A program made the translations under genes and the position numbers. 64,000 bases of DNA, taken from positions 1,678 through 65,677 of the forward strand of contig DAONSX010000001.1 in the NCBI GenBank assembly GCA_035411425.1, written 5' to 3'. This DNA comes from Bacteroidales bacterium (GTDB lineage Bacteria; Bacteroidota; Bacteroidia; Bacteroidales; TTA-H9). This document shows positions 6,807 to 16,887 of this stretch, piece by piece; position 1 is the stretch's first letter; the number at the start of each line of letters is the position of its first letter. The notes under the pieces were generated by a model. It made no database searches and was not told where the DNA came from. It saw only the letters and a program-made list of their open reading frames with translations.

Positions 6807-6847
6807 CTGCCGGAGTTTTAAATTTTTAAATATTCGGCAGTTTTTTT
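6807..6847 (+). terminator. Probable intrinsic terminator
   Basis: Stem CTGCCGGA/TTCGGCAG (6807-6814 / 6833-6840) followed by T7 (6841-6847), downstream of the 5682-6779 gene. The loop is rather long at 18 nt. Confidence 0.5.
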
Positions 6848-6878
6848 GTTTTTTTAAGGAAACTTCTTTCAAAAAAAT

Positions 6879-6886
6879 TATTTTTG
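6879..6886 (+). promoter_or_regulatory. Candidate -7 box TATTTTTG
   Basis: TAnnTTTG match 33 nt upstream of the ATG at 6919. Confidence 0.4.
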
Positions 6887-6918
6887 CTTTAGGATATAAA
6901 TTTTGATTGGTATAAAAC

Positions 6919-7542
6919 ATGAAACCACAGGGAAAAGCGAGTCGGGAAGAGATTTTGGAAGCCGCCCGCAAGGTTTTTATAGAGAATGGTTACGATGGGG
7001 CCCGCATGCAGGAAATTGCCGATGAGGCAGGGGTAAATAAAGCCCTTATTCATTATTATTTTCGGTCGAAGGAAGAACTTTTTCAGGAAGTTTTTTTAGA
7101 GGCCTTTATTAAGGTAGTTCCCTCGGTGATGGTGATTTTAAACTCCGACGAGCCATTGTTCAAGAAAATCGAACAGTTTGTTTCGAAATATCTCGACACT
7201 TTGAATGAAAATCCATTGATTCCGGGATTTATACTTCACGAACTTGCTCATGGCCGCCAGCATATCGATGCCTTGATCAGAGGGACAGGACTAAATCCTC
7301 AGTTTTTTATCAATCAAATATACAGAGAAATTGACGCGGGGAAAATCAAAAACTGCGATCCAACCCAGCTCATCATTAATATCCTTTCCTTGTGTATTTT
7401 TCCTTTTGTTGCTCAGCCTATTTTGAAGGGTGTATTCTTTCGTAACCGGGAAGATGATTACGCGCGATTTATGCTGGAACGCAAGTCGGATGTTGTCAGG
7501 TTTATCATTGCCTCCATCCGTAAACAGCAGGAAGAAAGTTGA
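6919..7542 (+). CDS. TetR/AcrR family transcriptional regulator
   Basis: N-terminal HTH signature GYDGARMQEIADEAGVNKALIHYYFRSKEELF; 207 aa. Confidence 0.85.
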   Translation: MKPQGKASREEILEAARKVFIENGYDGARMQEIADEAGVNKALIHYYFRSKEELFQEVFLEAFIKVVPSVMVILNSDEPLFKKIEQFVSKYLDTLNENPLIPGFILHELAHGRQHIDALIRGTGLNPQFFINQIYREIDAGKIKNCDPTQLIINILSLCIFPFVAQPILKGVFFRNREDDYARFMLERKSDVVRFIIASIRKQQEES

Positions 7543-7614
7543 TTTGAGTTTTTTGGCCGATGTTTCCTCTAAAGAGTTATTCTTTGGGAGTGAGTTGTCG
7601 ATAAAAACCTGTTA

Positions 7615-8739
7615 TTATTTAGGGGCTTTGAGCAATAACCAGATAGCTATAATTCCAAAAAAGATATTAGGAAGCCAGGTAGCCAGCATGGGCGCCATAT
7701 TTCCATAAACCGAGAATTGAGTAGTGATCTGCATGAACAGAATATAAGTAAAAGTAATGCCAATACCGATACCCAGGTGCATACCTGTTCCTCCTCTAAC
7801 TTTTCTGCTCGACAGTGCCATACCAATCAATGTAAGTATGATGGCCGATATAGGTTCGGCTATACGTTTGTGCATCTCCGTCTCGTAATATTTTATCGTA
7901 CTGCTTCCTTTGAGTTTTTCTCTCTCGATGAACGCCTTCAACTCATTGAAATTCATTATCTTCATGTCTTCCTTGTCCACTATGATTTCTGTGGGGCGAA
8001 GATTGAGAGTAGTGTCCTTTTGGCTTCCAAATACCAGGCTTTGCTCAAAGGTAGCTGTATCGATAAAGCGTTCGGTGTAATTGATGATGTGCCATTTCGA
8101 TTTTATTGAATCCCATTTTATCTGATCGCTCATGAGTTTGTAGCTGAGTTTACTGTTTTCTATTCTTTCGATGGTAAAGCGGTAACCGTTTTTTCTGGCA
8201 TTGTCCCATGATTCGAAGTAAACGAATACACCGGGTTCGATTTGTAAGTGAAGATTGAGGGATTTGCTTCGGAGAGGATTCTTGATATATTGTTTTTCGA
8301 AGTCTCTAAGCTTGATGTTTGTATGGGGAATGAGGAAATTAGAGAAATAGAGTGTAAGAATGACGAGGAATGTTGCAGAGATCAAATATGGTTTGAGCAG
8401 TCGAAAGAAATTGATTCCGCTACTGAGCATTGCAATGATTTCGGAGCGTTCGGCAAGTCGTGATGTAAAAAAAATGACGGCAATAAAGGTGAAGAGCGAA
8501 CTGAAAAGATTGATAAAATAGGGAATGAAATTCAGGTAATAATCGAAGATGATAGCTCGCAGAGGTGCTCGTCGGGTTAAGAAATCATCGATTTTTTCGG
8601 AAACATCGAAAACGACGACGATAATGATGAGCAGGCCAATAGAATAGAAAAATGTTCCGAGGAATTTTCGGATAATATAACGATCGATTACGGTGAGTCG
8701 GAATGATATAAAATTTTTCCTCATGAATATGGGATACAA
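7615..8739 (-). CDS. LptF/LptG (YjgP/YjgQ) family LPS export permease
   Basis: 374-aa membrane protein with N-terminal TM helices, a large central soluble loop and C-terminal TM helices, typical of the family. LptF versus LptG is not resolved. Confidence 0.75.
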   Translation of the reverse strand: MYPIFMRKNFISFRLTVIDRYIIRKFLGTFFYSIGLLIIIVVVFDVSEKIDDFLTRRAPLRAIIFDYYLNFIPYFINLFSSLFTFIAVIFFTSRLAERSEIIAMLSSGINFFRLLKPYLISATFLVILTLYFSNFLIPHTNIKLRDFEKQYIKNPLRSKSLNLHLQIEPGVFVYFESWDNARKNGYRFTIERIENSKLSYKLMSDQIKWDSIKSKWHIINYTERFIDTATFEQSLVFGSQKDTTLNLRPTEIIVDKEDMKIMNFNELKAFIEREKLKGSSTIKYYETEMHKRIAEPISAIILTLIGMALSSRKVRGGTGMHLGIGIGITFTYILFMQITTQFSVYGNMAPMLATWLPNIFFGIIAIWLLLKAPK

Positions 8740-8748
8740 AGTGCGAAT

Positions 8749-9891
8749 TTACAATCTTTGACTCAATCGGGGGATCATCAGGTTTTTCCATTCTCCGAAA
8801 TCGCCTTTCATGATATGTTTTCTCGATTCTTCCATCAGCCAGTGGTAAAAGCGAAGGTTATGAAGGCTTGCGACCATGGGGCCGAGAATTTCGCCAGTTA
8901 CGAAAAGATGACGCAGATAAGCGCGAGAATACAAGTGATCTACAAAGGAAGTGCCTTCTTGGTCTATTTGGCTAAAATCGTTTTTCCATTTTTCGTTTTT
9001 AATGTTGATGATGCCCTCCAAAGTAAATAACTGTCCATTGCGGCCGTTGCGGGTAGGAAGTACACAATCGAACAGGTCGATGCCCAGTGCTATGCTTTCG
9101 AGAATATTGGCCGGAGTGCCAACTCCCATCAAATATCGTGGCTTATCGGATGGTAGAATTTGGCAGACTTTTTCGGTAAGTTGATACATTATTTCGGCAG
9201 GTTCGCCTACCGACAAGCCTCCTATGGCATTCCCCGGAGCATTTTTCGAAGCAATGTATTCGGCCGATTGCAGGCGAAGGTCTTCGTAAACACTTCCTTG
9301 AACAATGGGAAATAAACTTTGGTCGTAATGGTATTCGGGCTGGGTTTCGTTAAATCTTTTCAAGCAGCGGTCGAGCCATGAATGTGTTAGTTGCAAGCTT
9401 TTCGAGGCATAATCGTAGGAGCATGGATAAGGAGTGCATTCGTCAAAAGCCATGAGAATATCGGCACCAATAATTCTCTGAATATCAATAACCCTTTCGG
9501 GAGTAAATAGATGGCGAGAACCGTCGATATGCGATTGAAAAACTACACCTTCTGGAGTGAGCTTACGGCGCAAAGCCAGGCTATAAACTTGATATCCTCC
9601 GCTATCGGTCAGTATAGCACCATTCCAGCTGCTGAATCTATGCAGACCTCCTGCTTTCTTCAAAACCTCGAGCCCTGGCCTTAAATATAAATGATAGGTG
9701 TTGCCTAAAATAATAAGGGCAGAGGTATCTTCGAAAAGATCTTTTGCATGAACGGCTTTTACGCTGCCCGCTGTTCCTACAGGCATAAACGCCGGAGTTA
9801 ACACGAGTCCGTTATCTGTATCCAAACATCCAGTTCGTGCTTGGGTTTGACGATCAGTAAATTTTATGTTAAATTTTATCAAAACAGACAT
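8749..9891 (-). CDS. tgt: tRNA-guanine transglycosylase (queuine tRNA-ribosyltransferase)
   Basis: ARTGCLDTDNGLVLTPAFMPVGTAGSVKAV, LGNTYHL, DSGGYQV and MAFDEC motifs; 380 aa. Confidence 0.92.
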   Translation of the reverse strand: MSVLIKFNIKFTDRQTQARTGCLDTDNGLVLTPAFMPVGTAGSVKAVHAKDLFEDTSALIILGNTYHLYLRPGLEVLKKAGGLHRFSSWNGAILTDSGGYQVYSLALRRKLTPEGVVFQSHIDGSRHLFTPERVIDIQRIIGADILMAFDECTPYPCSYDYASKSLQLTHSWLDRCLKRFNETQPEYHYDQSLFPIVQGSVYEDLRLQSAEYIASKNAPGNAIGGLSVGEPAEIMYQLTEKVCQILPSDKPRYLMGVGTPANILESIALGIDLFDCVLPTRNGRNGQLFTLEGIINIKNEKWKNDFSQIDQEGTSFVDHLYSRAYLRHLFVTGEILGPMVASLHNLRFYHWLMEESRKHIMKGDFGEWKNLMIPRLSQRL

Positions 9892-10052
9892 TTATTTTAA
9901 GGCTGCAAAATTAATGTTTACGTGTCTTTTTATCGAAAGCGGTTTCCCAAGCGGTGTAACTTATCAACAAATTGTTCATAATTTTGGAGGGAGTTTTCAT
10001 TTTCCAGCAACGGCTTTTGAATAATTTTGCAGCAATCATCATACTCCGTCTT

Positions 10053-11186
10053 ATGGATTTTAATAACCTTCCCCAACTTCCTTATTTCTGGCTCTTTATT
10101 ATTTATTCAAGTGTAATTATTATCCAGCTTTTCTATTATTGGGGTATATTCATTCGTTTGGCCTTCCACAATTATAGACCTGCTATTATTGAGCAATGGC
10201 CGGAGGTGTCTGTAGTAATTTGCGCCCGAAACGAATACGAAAATCTGAAAAAGAATCTGCCTTATATTTTAAATCAGGATTATCCTGTTTTCGAGGTGGT
10301 TGTGGTAAATCATACCAGTGATGACGATAGCCTTTATGTGTTGAGGAATTTTCAGAAAGAATACCCTAATCTTTCGATTGTGAATATCGAAAAAGACCTG
10401 AATTTTTTCTCGGGCAAGAAATTTCCATTAAGCATTGGTATAAAATCGGCAAAACATGAAATTATACTGCTTACGGATGCCGATTGTCGTCCCGCTTCCG
10501 CCCAGTGGATCAAGACCATGGTATCGGCTTATACCCATGAAACCTCGGTCGTTTTGGGATATAGTGGCTTTTACGAAACCAAGGGACTCGGGAATATCAT
10601 TCAGCGTTTCAATGCCTTCCATACGGCTTTGCAGTATCTTTCGCTGGCCATGGCAGGGATGCCCTATATGGGAGTGGGTCGCAATTTGAGCTATAAGAAA
10701 TCGCTGTTTTATCAGGTAAACGGTTTTATTTCGCATTATTCTCTCGAGTCTGGCGACGATGATTTATTCATCAATCAGGTAGCTACGAAGAGCAATACTC
10801 GTTGCAGTCTCGACTCTGCTTCGTTTACCTTTTCGTCAGCCAAGAAAAACTTCAGGGAATGGATTCGACAAAAACGCAGGCACCTGACTACAGGCCTGCA
10901 TTATAAACCTTGGCATAAATTCGTGCTGGGCTTATATTCCCTGAGTCAATTCCTCGTATTTTTCTTTTTCATTATTTTGTTATTGCTCGGATTTCCATGG
11001 CCATTAGTAGTTTCAATGTTCATATTACGCCTAATAAGCCAGTTAGTTATCTATGGCAATGCCATGAAAAAACTTCAAACAGGTAAATTATTGTTAATTT
11101 CGCCAATTCTGGAATTCATCGAAATGATCGTACTCCATTACGTGGTATTGACCAATCGTTTTGTTAAAAGAAAGCAATGGAAATAA
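10053..11186 (+). CDS. Family 2 glycosyltransferase, membrane-bound
   Basis: VSVVICARNEYENLKKNLPYILNQDYPVFEVVVVNHTSDDDS and LLTDADC motifs plus C-terminal TM helices. The track ORF starts at TTG 9972; ATG 10053 (MDFNNLPQ) is the more likely start. Confidence 0.75.
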   Translation: MDFNNLPQLPYFWLFIIYSSVIIIQLFYYWGIFIRLAFHNYRPAIIEQWPEVSVVICARNEYENLKKNLPYILNQDYPVFEVVVVNHTSDDDSLYVLRNFQKEYPNLSIVNIEKDLNFFSGKKFPLSIGIKSAKHEIILLTDADCRPASAQWIKTMVSAYTHETSVVLGYSGFYETKGLGNIIQRFNAFHTALQYLSLAMAGMPYMGVGRNLSYKKSLFYQVNGFISHYSLESGDDDLFINQVATKSNTRCSLDSASFTFSSAKKNFREWIRQKRRHLTTGLHYKPWHKFVLGLYSLSQFLVFFFFIILLLLGFPWPLVVSMFILRLISQLVIYGNAMKKLQTGKLLLISPILEFIEMIVLHYVVLTNRFVKRKQWK

Positions 11187-11797
11187 GTACAGAATTCACC
11201 GAAAAGGCCAATCGAGATTATCAATGGATACAGCAAGCCTTGCATGGGGGCGACCAGCGTGCTTATGCAAAATTAATGGACAATTACCGCGAATCGTTGT
11301 ATTATCTTATGCTGAAAATGACCAACGATGTGGACGATGCCGAAGATATGATGATGGAAGCTTTTAGCAAGGCATTTAAAAATCTCCACCAGTATACTCC
11401 TATCTATGCATTTAGTACCTGGCTTTTTAGGATTGCTGCCAACAATTGCATCGATTTCATGAGGAAGAAGAAGAATACCTTGTCGCTGGATGCTTCTAAT
11501 TATACTTATAATTGTGATGATACGGGTTTTGATCAACTTTCGTGGGGTTTACCCGATGACTGCCTTGACCCCGAACAAGCTCTCATGAAAAAACAATCCA
11601 ATCAATTTCTCCGTGAGATAGTCGATCAACTTAAACCAAGGTATAAACGCTTGGTGCAGATGCGTTACTTTCAGGAAATGAGTTATGAAGAAATTTCGAC
11701 TGAACTCAATATGCCCTTAGGTACGGTTAAAGCTCAACTCTTCAGAGCTAGAGCACTTTTATCGGGCATCCTGAGTCAAGTAAAACATATACCGTAA
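11177..11797 (+). CDS. RNA polymerase sigma-70 family (ECF-type) sigma factor
   Basis: Region 2 (FSTWLFRIAANNCIDFMRKKK) and region 4 (QMRYFQEMSYEEISTELNMPLGTVKAQLFRAR) signatures. Overlaps the upstream gene by 10 nt. Confidence 0.85.
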   Translation: MEISTEFTEKANRDYQWIQQALHGGDQRAYAKLMDNYRESLYYLMLKMTNDVDDAEDMMMEAFSKAFKNLHQYTPIYAFSTWLFRIAANNCIDFMRKKKNTLSLDASNYTYNCDDTGFDQLSWGLPDDCLDPEQALMKKQSNQFLREIVDQLKPRYKRLVQMRYFQEMSYEEISTELNMPLGTVKAQLFRARALLSGILSQVKHIP

Positions 11798-11846
11798 TTT
11801 AACGAATTTTTTTATTTTTACGATTCGAATCAATTGCATTATCATT

Positions 11847-13856
11847 ATGGATAACACCGAATTCAAGAATCAAATTCTGCAGGGTATTCCGGATGAACTC
11901 CCTTTGCCCAAACCTTACGATCCTAACATAAATCATGCTCCAAAGCGTAAGGATATATTAACCAAGGAAGAAAAGAAATTAGCCGTTCGTAATGCGCTAC
12001 GATATTTTCCAGCAAAGCATCATGCTGTTCTGGCGAAAGAATTTGCCGAAGAATTGAAGCATTATGGCCGAATTTACATGTACCGTTTTCGTCCTGATTA
12101 TAGAATTTATGCTCGCCCTATCTGGGAATACCCTGCTCAAACTCCTCAGGCTGCCGCCATCATGCTGATGATTCAGAACAATTTGGATGAAGCCGTAGCC
12201 CAGCATCCTCACGAATTGATCATCTACGGAGGCAATGGAGCTATTTTTCAGAATTGGGCACAATATCTCCTCACCATGAAATATCTGGCTACTATGACCG
12301 ATCATCAGACTTTGGTGATGTATTCGGGACATCCTTTGGGATTGTTCCCTTCTCATCCTGAAGCACCTCGCGTAGTAGTTACCAATGGAATGGTTGTGCC
12401 CAACTATTCCAGTCCTGACCATTGGGAAAAATTCAATGCACTTGGAGTATCCCAATATGGGCAGATGACCGCCGGTTCATACATGTATATTGGTCCTCAG
12501 GGAATTGTGCATGGTACAACGATTACCATTATGAATGCCAGCCGGAAAATATCTCGTAAAGATTCGGCTTCAGAAATGAAATTATTTGTTTCGAGTGGTT
12601 TGGGAGGCATGTCGGGTGCGCAACCAAAAGCAGGGAATATTGCAGGCGTAGTGAGCCTGGTGGCCGAAATCAATCCCAAGGCAGCTTACAAGCGTTTCAA
12701 CCAAGGCTGGGTAGACGAAGTGATCGATGATGTAGAAAAGGCTATTCGAACTGCTTTGCATTGGAAAGAAATGGGTAAGCCTCATTCGATTGCTTATCTG
12801 GGGAATGTGGTCGATTTATGGGAAAGGCTTGCCATCGATGATATTCACGTAGATATTGGTTCCGATCAAACTTCTTTGCATAACCCCTTTGCAGGTGGTT
12901 ATTATCCGGTCGGTCTTTCTTTCGAAGAATCACAGGAAATGATGGTTAGCCAGCCCGAAGTTTTCAAGGAAAAGGTAAAAGCGTCACTGCGCAAGCAAGT
13001 GGCAGCCATCAACAAAATTGCAGCTAATGGAATGTATTTCTTCGATTATGGCAATGCATTCTTATTGGAATCGGGCAGGGCAGGAGCCGATATCTTCAAT
13101 GCAAGTGGAAATTTTATTTATCCTTCGTATGTTCAAGATATTATGGGGCTATTGTATTTCGATTATGGTTTTGGTCCGTTTCGTTGGGTGTGCACCAGTG
13201 GCAATCCGGCCGATCTGGACAAAACCGATCAGATTGCCGGAGATATTTTCGAAAAAATGCTCACAGATGCTCCTGTCGAGATTCAGCAACAGTTGAAGGA
13301 CAATCTTTTATGGATACGTCAAGCAAAAACCAATAATCTTGTGGTAGGTTCTCAGGCCAGGATCTTATATGCCGATGCCGAAGGGCGCATTCGTATTTCG
13401 GAAGCCTTCAATCAGGCCATCGCCAGAGGAGAAATTTCGGCTGCCATAGTTCTAGGACGAGATCATCACGATGTTTCGGGTACTGATTCTCCCTTCAGGG
13501 AAACTTCGAACATCTATGATGGTTCATCATTTACGGCCGATATGGCTGTACAGAATATGGCAGGAGATTCTTTCAGAGGTGCCACTTGGGTTTCGCTTCA
13601 CAATGGCGGAGGTGTTGGCTGGGGTGAAGCCATTAATGGAGGTTTTGGCCTTGTTCTCGATGGAACGGCTGAAGCCCAGCACCGTCTTAGATCCATGCTC
13701 TTCTGGGATGTAAACAATGGCATTGCACGGCGTTCATGGGCACGTAACCAGGGCGCTATGCTCACTATCCAAAAAACCATGCAGCATGAACCCCACTTGA
13801 AAGTTACGCTTCCTAATCTGGTCGATGATAACCTGATCGAAACTCTCGATTTTTGA
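11847..13856 (+). CDS. hutU: Urocanate hydratase
   Basis: 669-aa ORF with urocanase signatures (GGMSGAQPKAG, GSDQTSLHNP, RDHHDVSGTDSPFRETSN). Confidence 0.9.
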   Translation: MDNTEFKNQILQGIPDELPLPKPYDPNINHAPKRKDILTKEEKKLAVRNALRYFPAKHHAVLAKEFAEELKHYGRIYMYRFRPDYRIYARPIWEYPAQTPQAAAIMLMIQNNLDEAVAQHPHELIIYGGNGAIFQNWAQYLLTMKYLATMTDHQTLVMYSGHPLGLFPSHPEAPRVVVTNGMVVPNYSSPDHWEKFNALGVSQYGQMTAGSYMYIGPQGIVHGTTITIMNASRKISRKDSASEMKLFVSSGLGGMSGAQPKAGNIAGVVSLVAEINPKAAYKRFNQGWVDEVIDDVEKAIRTALHWKEMGKPHSIAYLGNVVDLWERLAIDDIHVDIGSDQTSLHNPFAGGYYPVGLSFEESQEMMVSQPEVFKEKVKASLRKQVAAINKIAANGMYFFDYGNAFLLESGRAGADIFNASGNFIYPSYVQDIMGLLYFDYGFGPFRWVCTSGNPADLDKTDQIAGDIFEKMLTDAPVEIQQQLKDNLLWIRQAKTNNLVVGSQARILYADAEGRIRISEAFNQAIARGEISAAIVLGRDHHDVSGTDSPFRETSNIYDGSSFTADMAVQNMAGDSFRGATWVSLHNGGGVGWGEAINGGFGLVLDGTAEAQHRLRSMLFWDVNNGIARRSWARNQGAMLTIQKTMQHEPHLKVTLPNLVDDNLIETLDF

Positions 13857-13886
13857 AATTTTTCTTTTACTCTCAAGCTACAACCT

Positions 13887-14630
13887 ATGAAGATAGCAGG
13901 CATCATTCCTGCAAGATATGCTTCGACAAGATTTCCGGGTAAACCTCTGGCTGATATCAAAGGCAAAAGCATGATAATGCGAGTTTATGAACAAGCTGCA
14001 AAAGTGCAAAAACTCGATGAGGTTGTTGTGGCTACCGACGATCAACGCATTTTCAAACATGTAATCGAAAACGGTGGCAAGGCCGTGATGACTTCTCCTG
14101 ATCATCCCAGTGGAACCTCTCGCTGTGCCGAAGCAATCAAACTTATCAGTCGGAATGATCACTTCGATTCAGTAATAAATATTCAGGGTGATGAGCCTTT
14201 TATACGGCCCGAACAGATTGGAAGAGTTGCCCAACTGCTCTGTCGCAATGAAGTACAAATAGCCAGTTTATACAAGAAGATTACTACGGCAACCGACTTA
14301 TTCGATCCAAATATAGTCAAAGCCATTGTTTCTAATCAGGGAAAGGCTTTATATTTCTCGCGCCAAGCGGTTCCATTCGTTAGAAATGTGTCAATGGAAA
14401 AATGGCTCGAATTGACTGTTTTTTACAAGCATATCGGCATATATGGATATAGAGTTGATACTCTATTCCAAATCATTCAATTACCCGAATCGCCATTAGA
14501 AAAGGCTGAATTACTGGAACAGCTTCGATGGCTTTATCACGGTTTCGACATTTACATGGAGGAAACTCATTTCGAGAGTTTTTCGATTGATACTCCCGAA
14601 GACTTATCAAAATTTATGAACAATTTGTAA
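13887..14630 (+). CDS. kdsB: 3-deoxy-manno-octulosonate cytidylyltransferase
   Basis: MKIAGIIPARYASTRFPGKPLADIKGKSMI and NIQGDEPFI motifs; 247 aa. Confidence 0.9.
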   Translation: MKIAGIIPARYASTRFPGKPLADIKGKSMIMRVYEQAAKVQKLDEVVVATDDQRIFKHVIENGGKAVMTSPDHPSGTSRCAEAIKLISRNDHFDSVINIQGDEPFIRPEQIGRVAQLLCRNEVQIASLYKKITTATDLFDPNIVKAIVSNQGKALYFSRQAVPFVRNVSMEKWLELTVFYKHIGIYGYRVDTLFQIIQLPESPLEKAELLEQLRWLYHGFDIYMEETHFESFSIDTPEDLSKFMNNL

Positions 14631-14649
14631 ATCTCCCGAGAAGTTTTTT

Positions 14650-14657
14650 TAAATTTG
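14650..14657 (+). promoter_or_regulatory. Candidate -7 box TAAATTTG
   Basis: TAnnTTTG match 25 nt upstream of the ATG at 14682. Confidence 0.4.
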
Positions 14658-14681
14658 TGAGCAAAGATTTCAAATTCTTTT

Positions 14682-15797
14682 ATGGAAGAAGGAGAACTTT
14701 ATACTGAAATAACGAAATTAATTGTCGATTTGTTACCATCGAGCGGATGTATGATTATTCCAGATGTGGGTGGTTTTATTACCTACAATGTTTCTGCTCG
14801 AATCGATCAGACATCGAATCGTATTTATCCACCTTCGGGAAGGGTTGGTTTCAATTCTGCTTTAAAGGTAAATGACGGGCTTCTGGCATCTCATTATGCA
14901 CTGCTTAAGGGAATCAGTTATCCACAGGCTCTCGATAAGATTCAGCGATTTACATTTTACTGTATTTCTGAGCTGAATGCGGGAAAAATTCTGCATTTCG
15001 CTTCATTGGGCAATTTGCGACATGACAATACGAAGAATTTAATTTTCGAACCCGATCCTCATACCAATTTTCTCGATGATGCCTTTGGCCTTGCTCCCGT
15101 GTCGGCAATGCCGGTTCGCAGAAAACTTGCAGAAGTCGGCTCGATGGCTCACAATAGAAAACATTTCTCCCGATTTCGGACACATAATGTTGCAGAAGGA
15201 CTGAAATGGACACTTATGATATTGCCTATATTACTGCTGGCACTGTATTCAGTTTATCAAACAGGCGTCCTCGATGGCGTTGTCAATTACTCTTCGTTAG
15301 GTGGAAACATTTCTCAACAACCCATCGACGAAAAAGCAATTTCAAACCCATATACCATTGAACCGAGAATTCCTCATATAGAAAAGAAGTTTCAACCCGA
15401 AGAATATTCACTCAATAGAATTCATGATGCTTTTACAGATACTGTTTTCCCAGTAATCGTGCTCAATGCTGATATAATGCGTATTTCATCTTCGAAGGAA
15501 AAATCACAGGATCGTTTTGACGAATACAATGCCAAAGTATCGGTAACAGACGAAAATTCTATGGCATCTTCGCAGCGATTCCATCTTATTGCCGGGTGTT
15601 TTAAAGACATCAATAATGCCTACCGGCTCAGGGACGAGCTCAGGCAAAAAGGGTTCGACGCAACTTTGGCAGGTACTTCTTCCTTGGGGCTTACAAGAGT
15701 GAGCATCGCTTCGTTTTTTTCGAAACAGGACGCTCAGCATGCACTCAACGAATTCAAAACAAAATCATTTCAAGATTTGTGGATTTTGAAGATTTGA
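14682..15797 (+). CDS. SPOR domain-containing membrane protein (HU-like N-terminal domain)
   Basis: The C-terminal ~75 aa (RFHLIAGCFKDINNAYRLRDELRQKGFDATLAG..RVSIASFFSKQDAQHALNEFK) look like a SPOR peptidoglycan-binding repeat. There is a central TM helix (WTLMILPILLLALYSVY). Confidence 0.65.
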   Translation: MEEGELYTEITKLIVDLLPSSGCMIIPDVGGFITYNVSARIDQTSNRIYPPSGRVGFNSALKVNDGLLASHYALLKGISYPQALDKIQRFTFYCISELNAGKILHFASLGNLRHDNTKNLIFEPDPHTNFLDDAFGLAPVSAMPVRRKLAEVGSMAHNRKHFSRFRTHNVAEGLKWTLMILPILLLALYSVYQTGVLDGVVNYSSLGGNISQQPIDEKAISNPYTIEPRIPHIEKKFQPEEYSLNRIHDAFTDTVFPVIVLNADIMRISSSKEKSQDRFDEYNAKVSVTDENSMASSQRFHLIAGCFKDINNAYRLRDELRQKGFDATLAGTSSLGLTRVSIASFFSKQDAQHALNEFKTKSFQDLWILKI

Positions 15798-15977
15798 TTC
15801 TTCCGAAGATTTTTAGAGAAATGGCCATCTTTTTGAAGAAGAATCGAATTTTTATATAATAAAAACGTAAACAACGCCTTATCGAAGCATTTTATCGAGT
15901 GAAGTCCGGCAAATGACGATTGAAATTTTATTGCATTGGATGAGCGGCTAATTTTGCAATCTCTAATCTTTTTAAGT

Positions 15978-16667
15978 GTGGCAAAAAAGAAACGGATTTT
16001 TTGGGCTGAAAGCAAGAAACTTCCTCATTTTTTTGAGCCCGCATATTGTGAACTTATTGAAGGTTTTCGACTACGTGGGAATTGGTATCCTAGTTTTTTT
16101 TCGCAACCATCGCCTATATACCTCGAAGTGGGCTGTGGGAAAGCAGAGTATACGGTATTCAATGCAAGGAAATACCCTCTCAGAAATCATGTGGCTGTAG
16201 ATATAAAGGGTGCCCGAATGTTCATAGGTGCCCGGCAATGCCTTCAGCTCGGCCTGACGAATGCCGCATTTGTCCGAACACAAGTGCAAAACCTTCATAA
16301 GATTTTTGCTCCCGGTGAAGTCAACGAAATATTTATCCCTTTCCCTGACCCCCAACCCAATAAACCTTCCGAACGCCATCGACTTACTTCTCCTCGATTC
16401 CTCGATACTTATGCTAATATACTCAACCCTGACCATGTTATTCACCTTAAAACCGACAACCTGTCTTTTTTTGAATATACCTTGAATGTGATTTCCAATG
16501 AAGGGCATAGACTGCTTTATGCCACCTACGATCTCTATTCATCTACAGATGATAATGATATCAAGCAGGTTCAAACTTTTTACGAAAAACAATGGCTTGC
16601 CTCGGGTGCTAAAATCCTTTATCTTCGATTTCAGCTCAAAGATGTACTGCTGAAGCCGAAAGAATAA
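15978..16667 (+). CDS. trmB: tRNA (guanine46-N7)-methyltransferase
   Basis: LEVGCGKAEYTV SAM-binding motif and IFIPFPDPQPNKPSERHRL motif. The track ORF starts at TTG 15936. In-frame GTG 15978 gives a typical length of 229 aa, but the start is uncertain. Confidence 0.8.
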   Translation: MAKKKRIFWAESKKLPHFFEPAYCELIEGFRLRGNWYPSFFSQPSPIYLEVGCGKAEYTVFNARKYPLRNHVAVDIKGARMFIGARQCLQLGLTNAAFVRTQVQNLHKIFAPGEVNEIFIPFPDPQPNKPSERHRLTSPRFLDTYANILNPDHVIHLKTDNLSFFEYTLNVISNEGHRLLYATYDLYSSTDDNDIKQVQTFYEKQWLASGAKILYLRFQLKDVLLKPKE

Positions 16668-16887
16668 TCCTTCGACCATGATGTGAGCATTCCGACAAGC
16701 TTTTGCTATTTGTTTTTATGTCTTTGGCATTTCAACTCGTGAATATTTATAAATTTGGTGCATTAATGTTATTCGTGCTTTAATTACCTATGAATATCTA
16801 TTTAAAATATTGCAAACGAATAAATTAACCTTTTATTTCCGGATAAGGATATATATTTTAAAATCTACCCATTAAAATTAAAATTCG

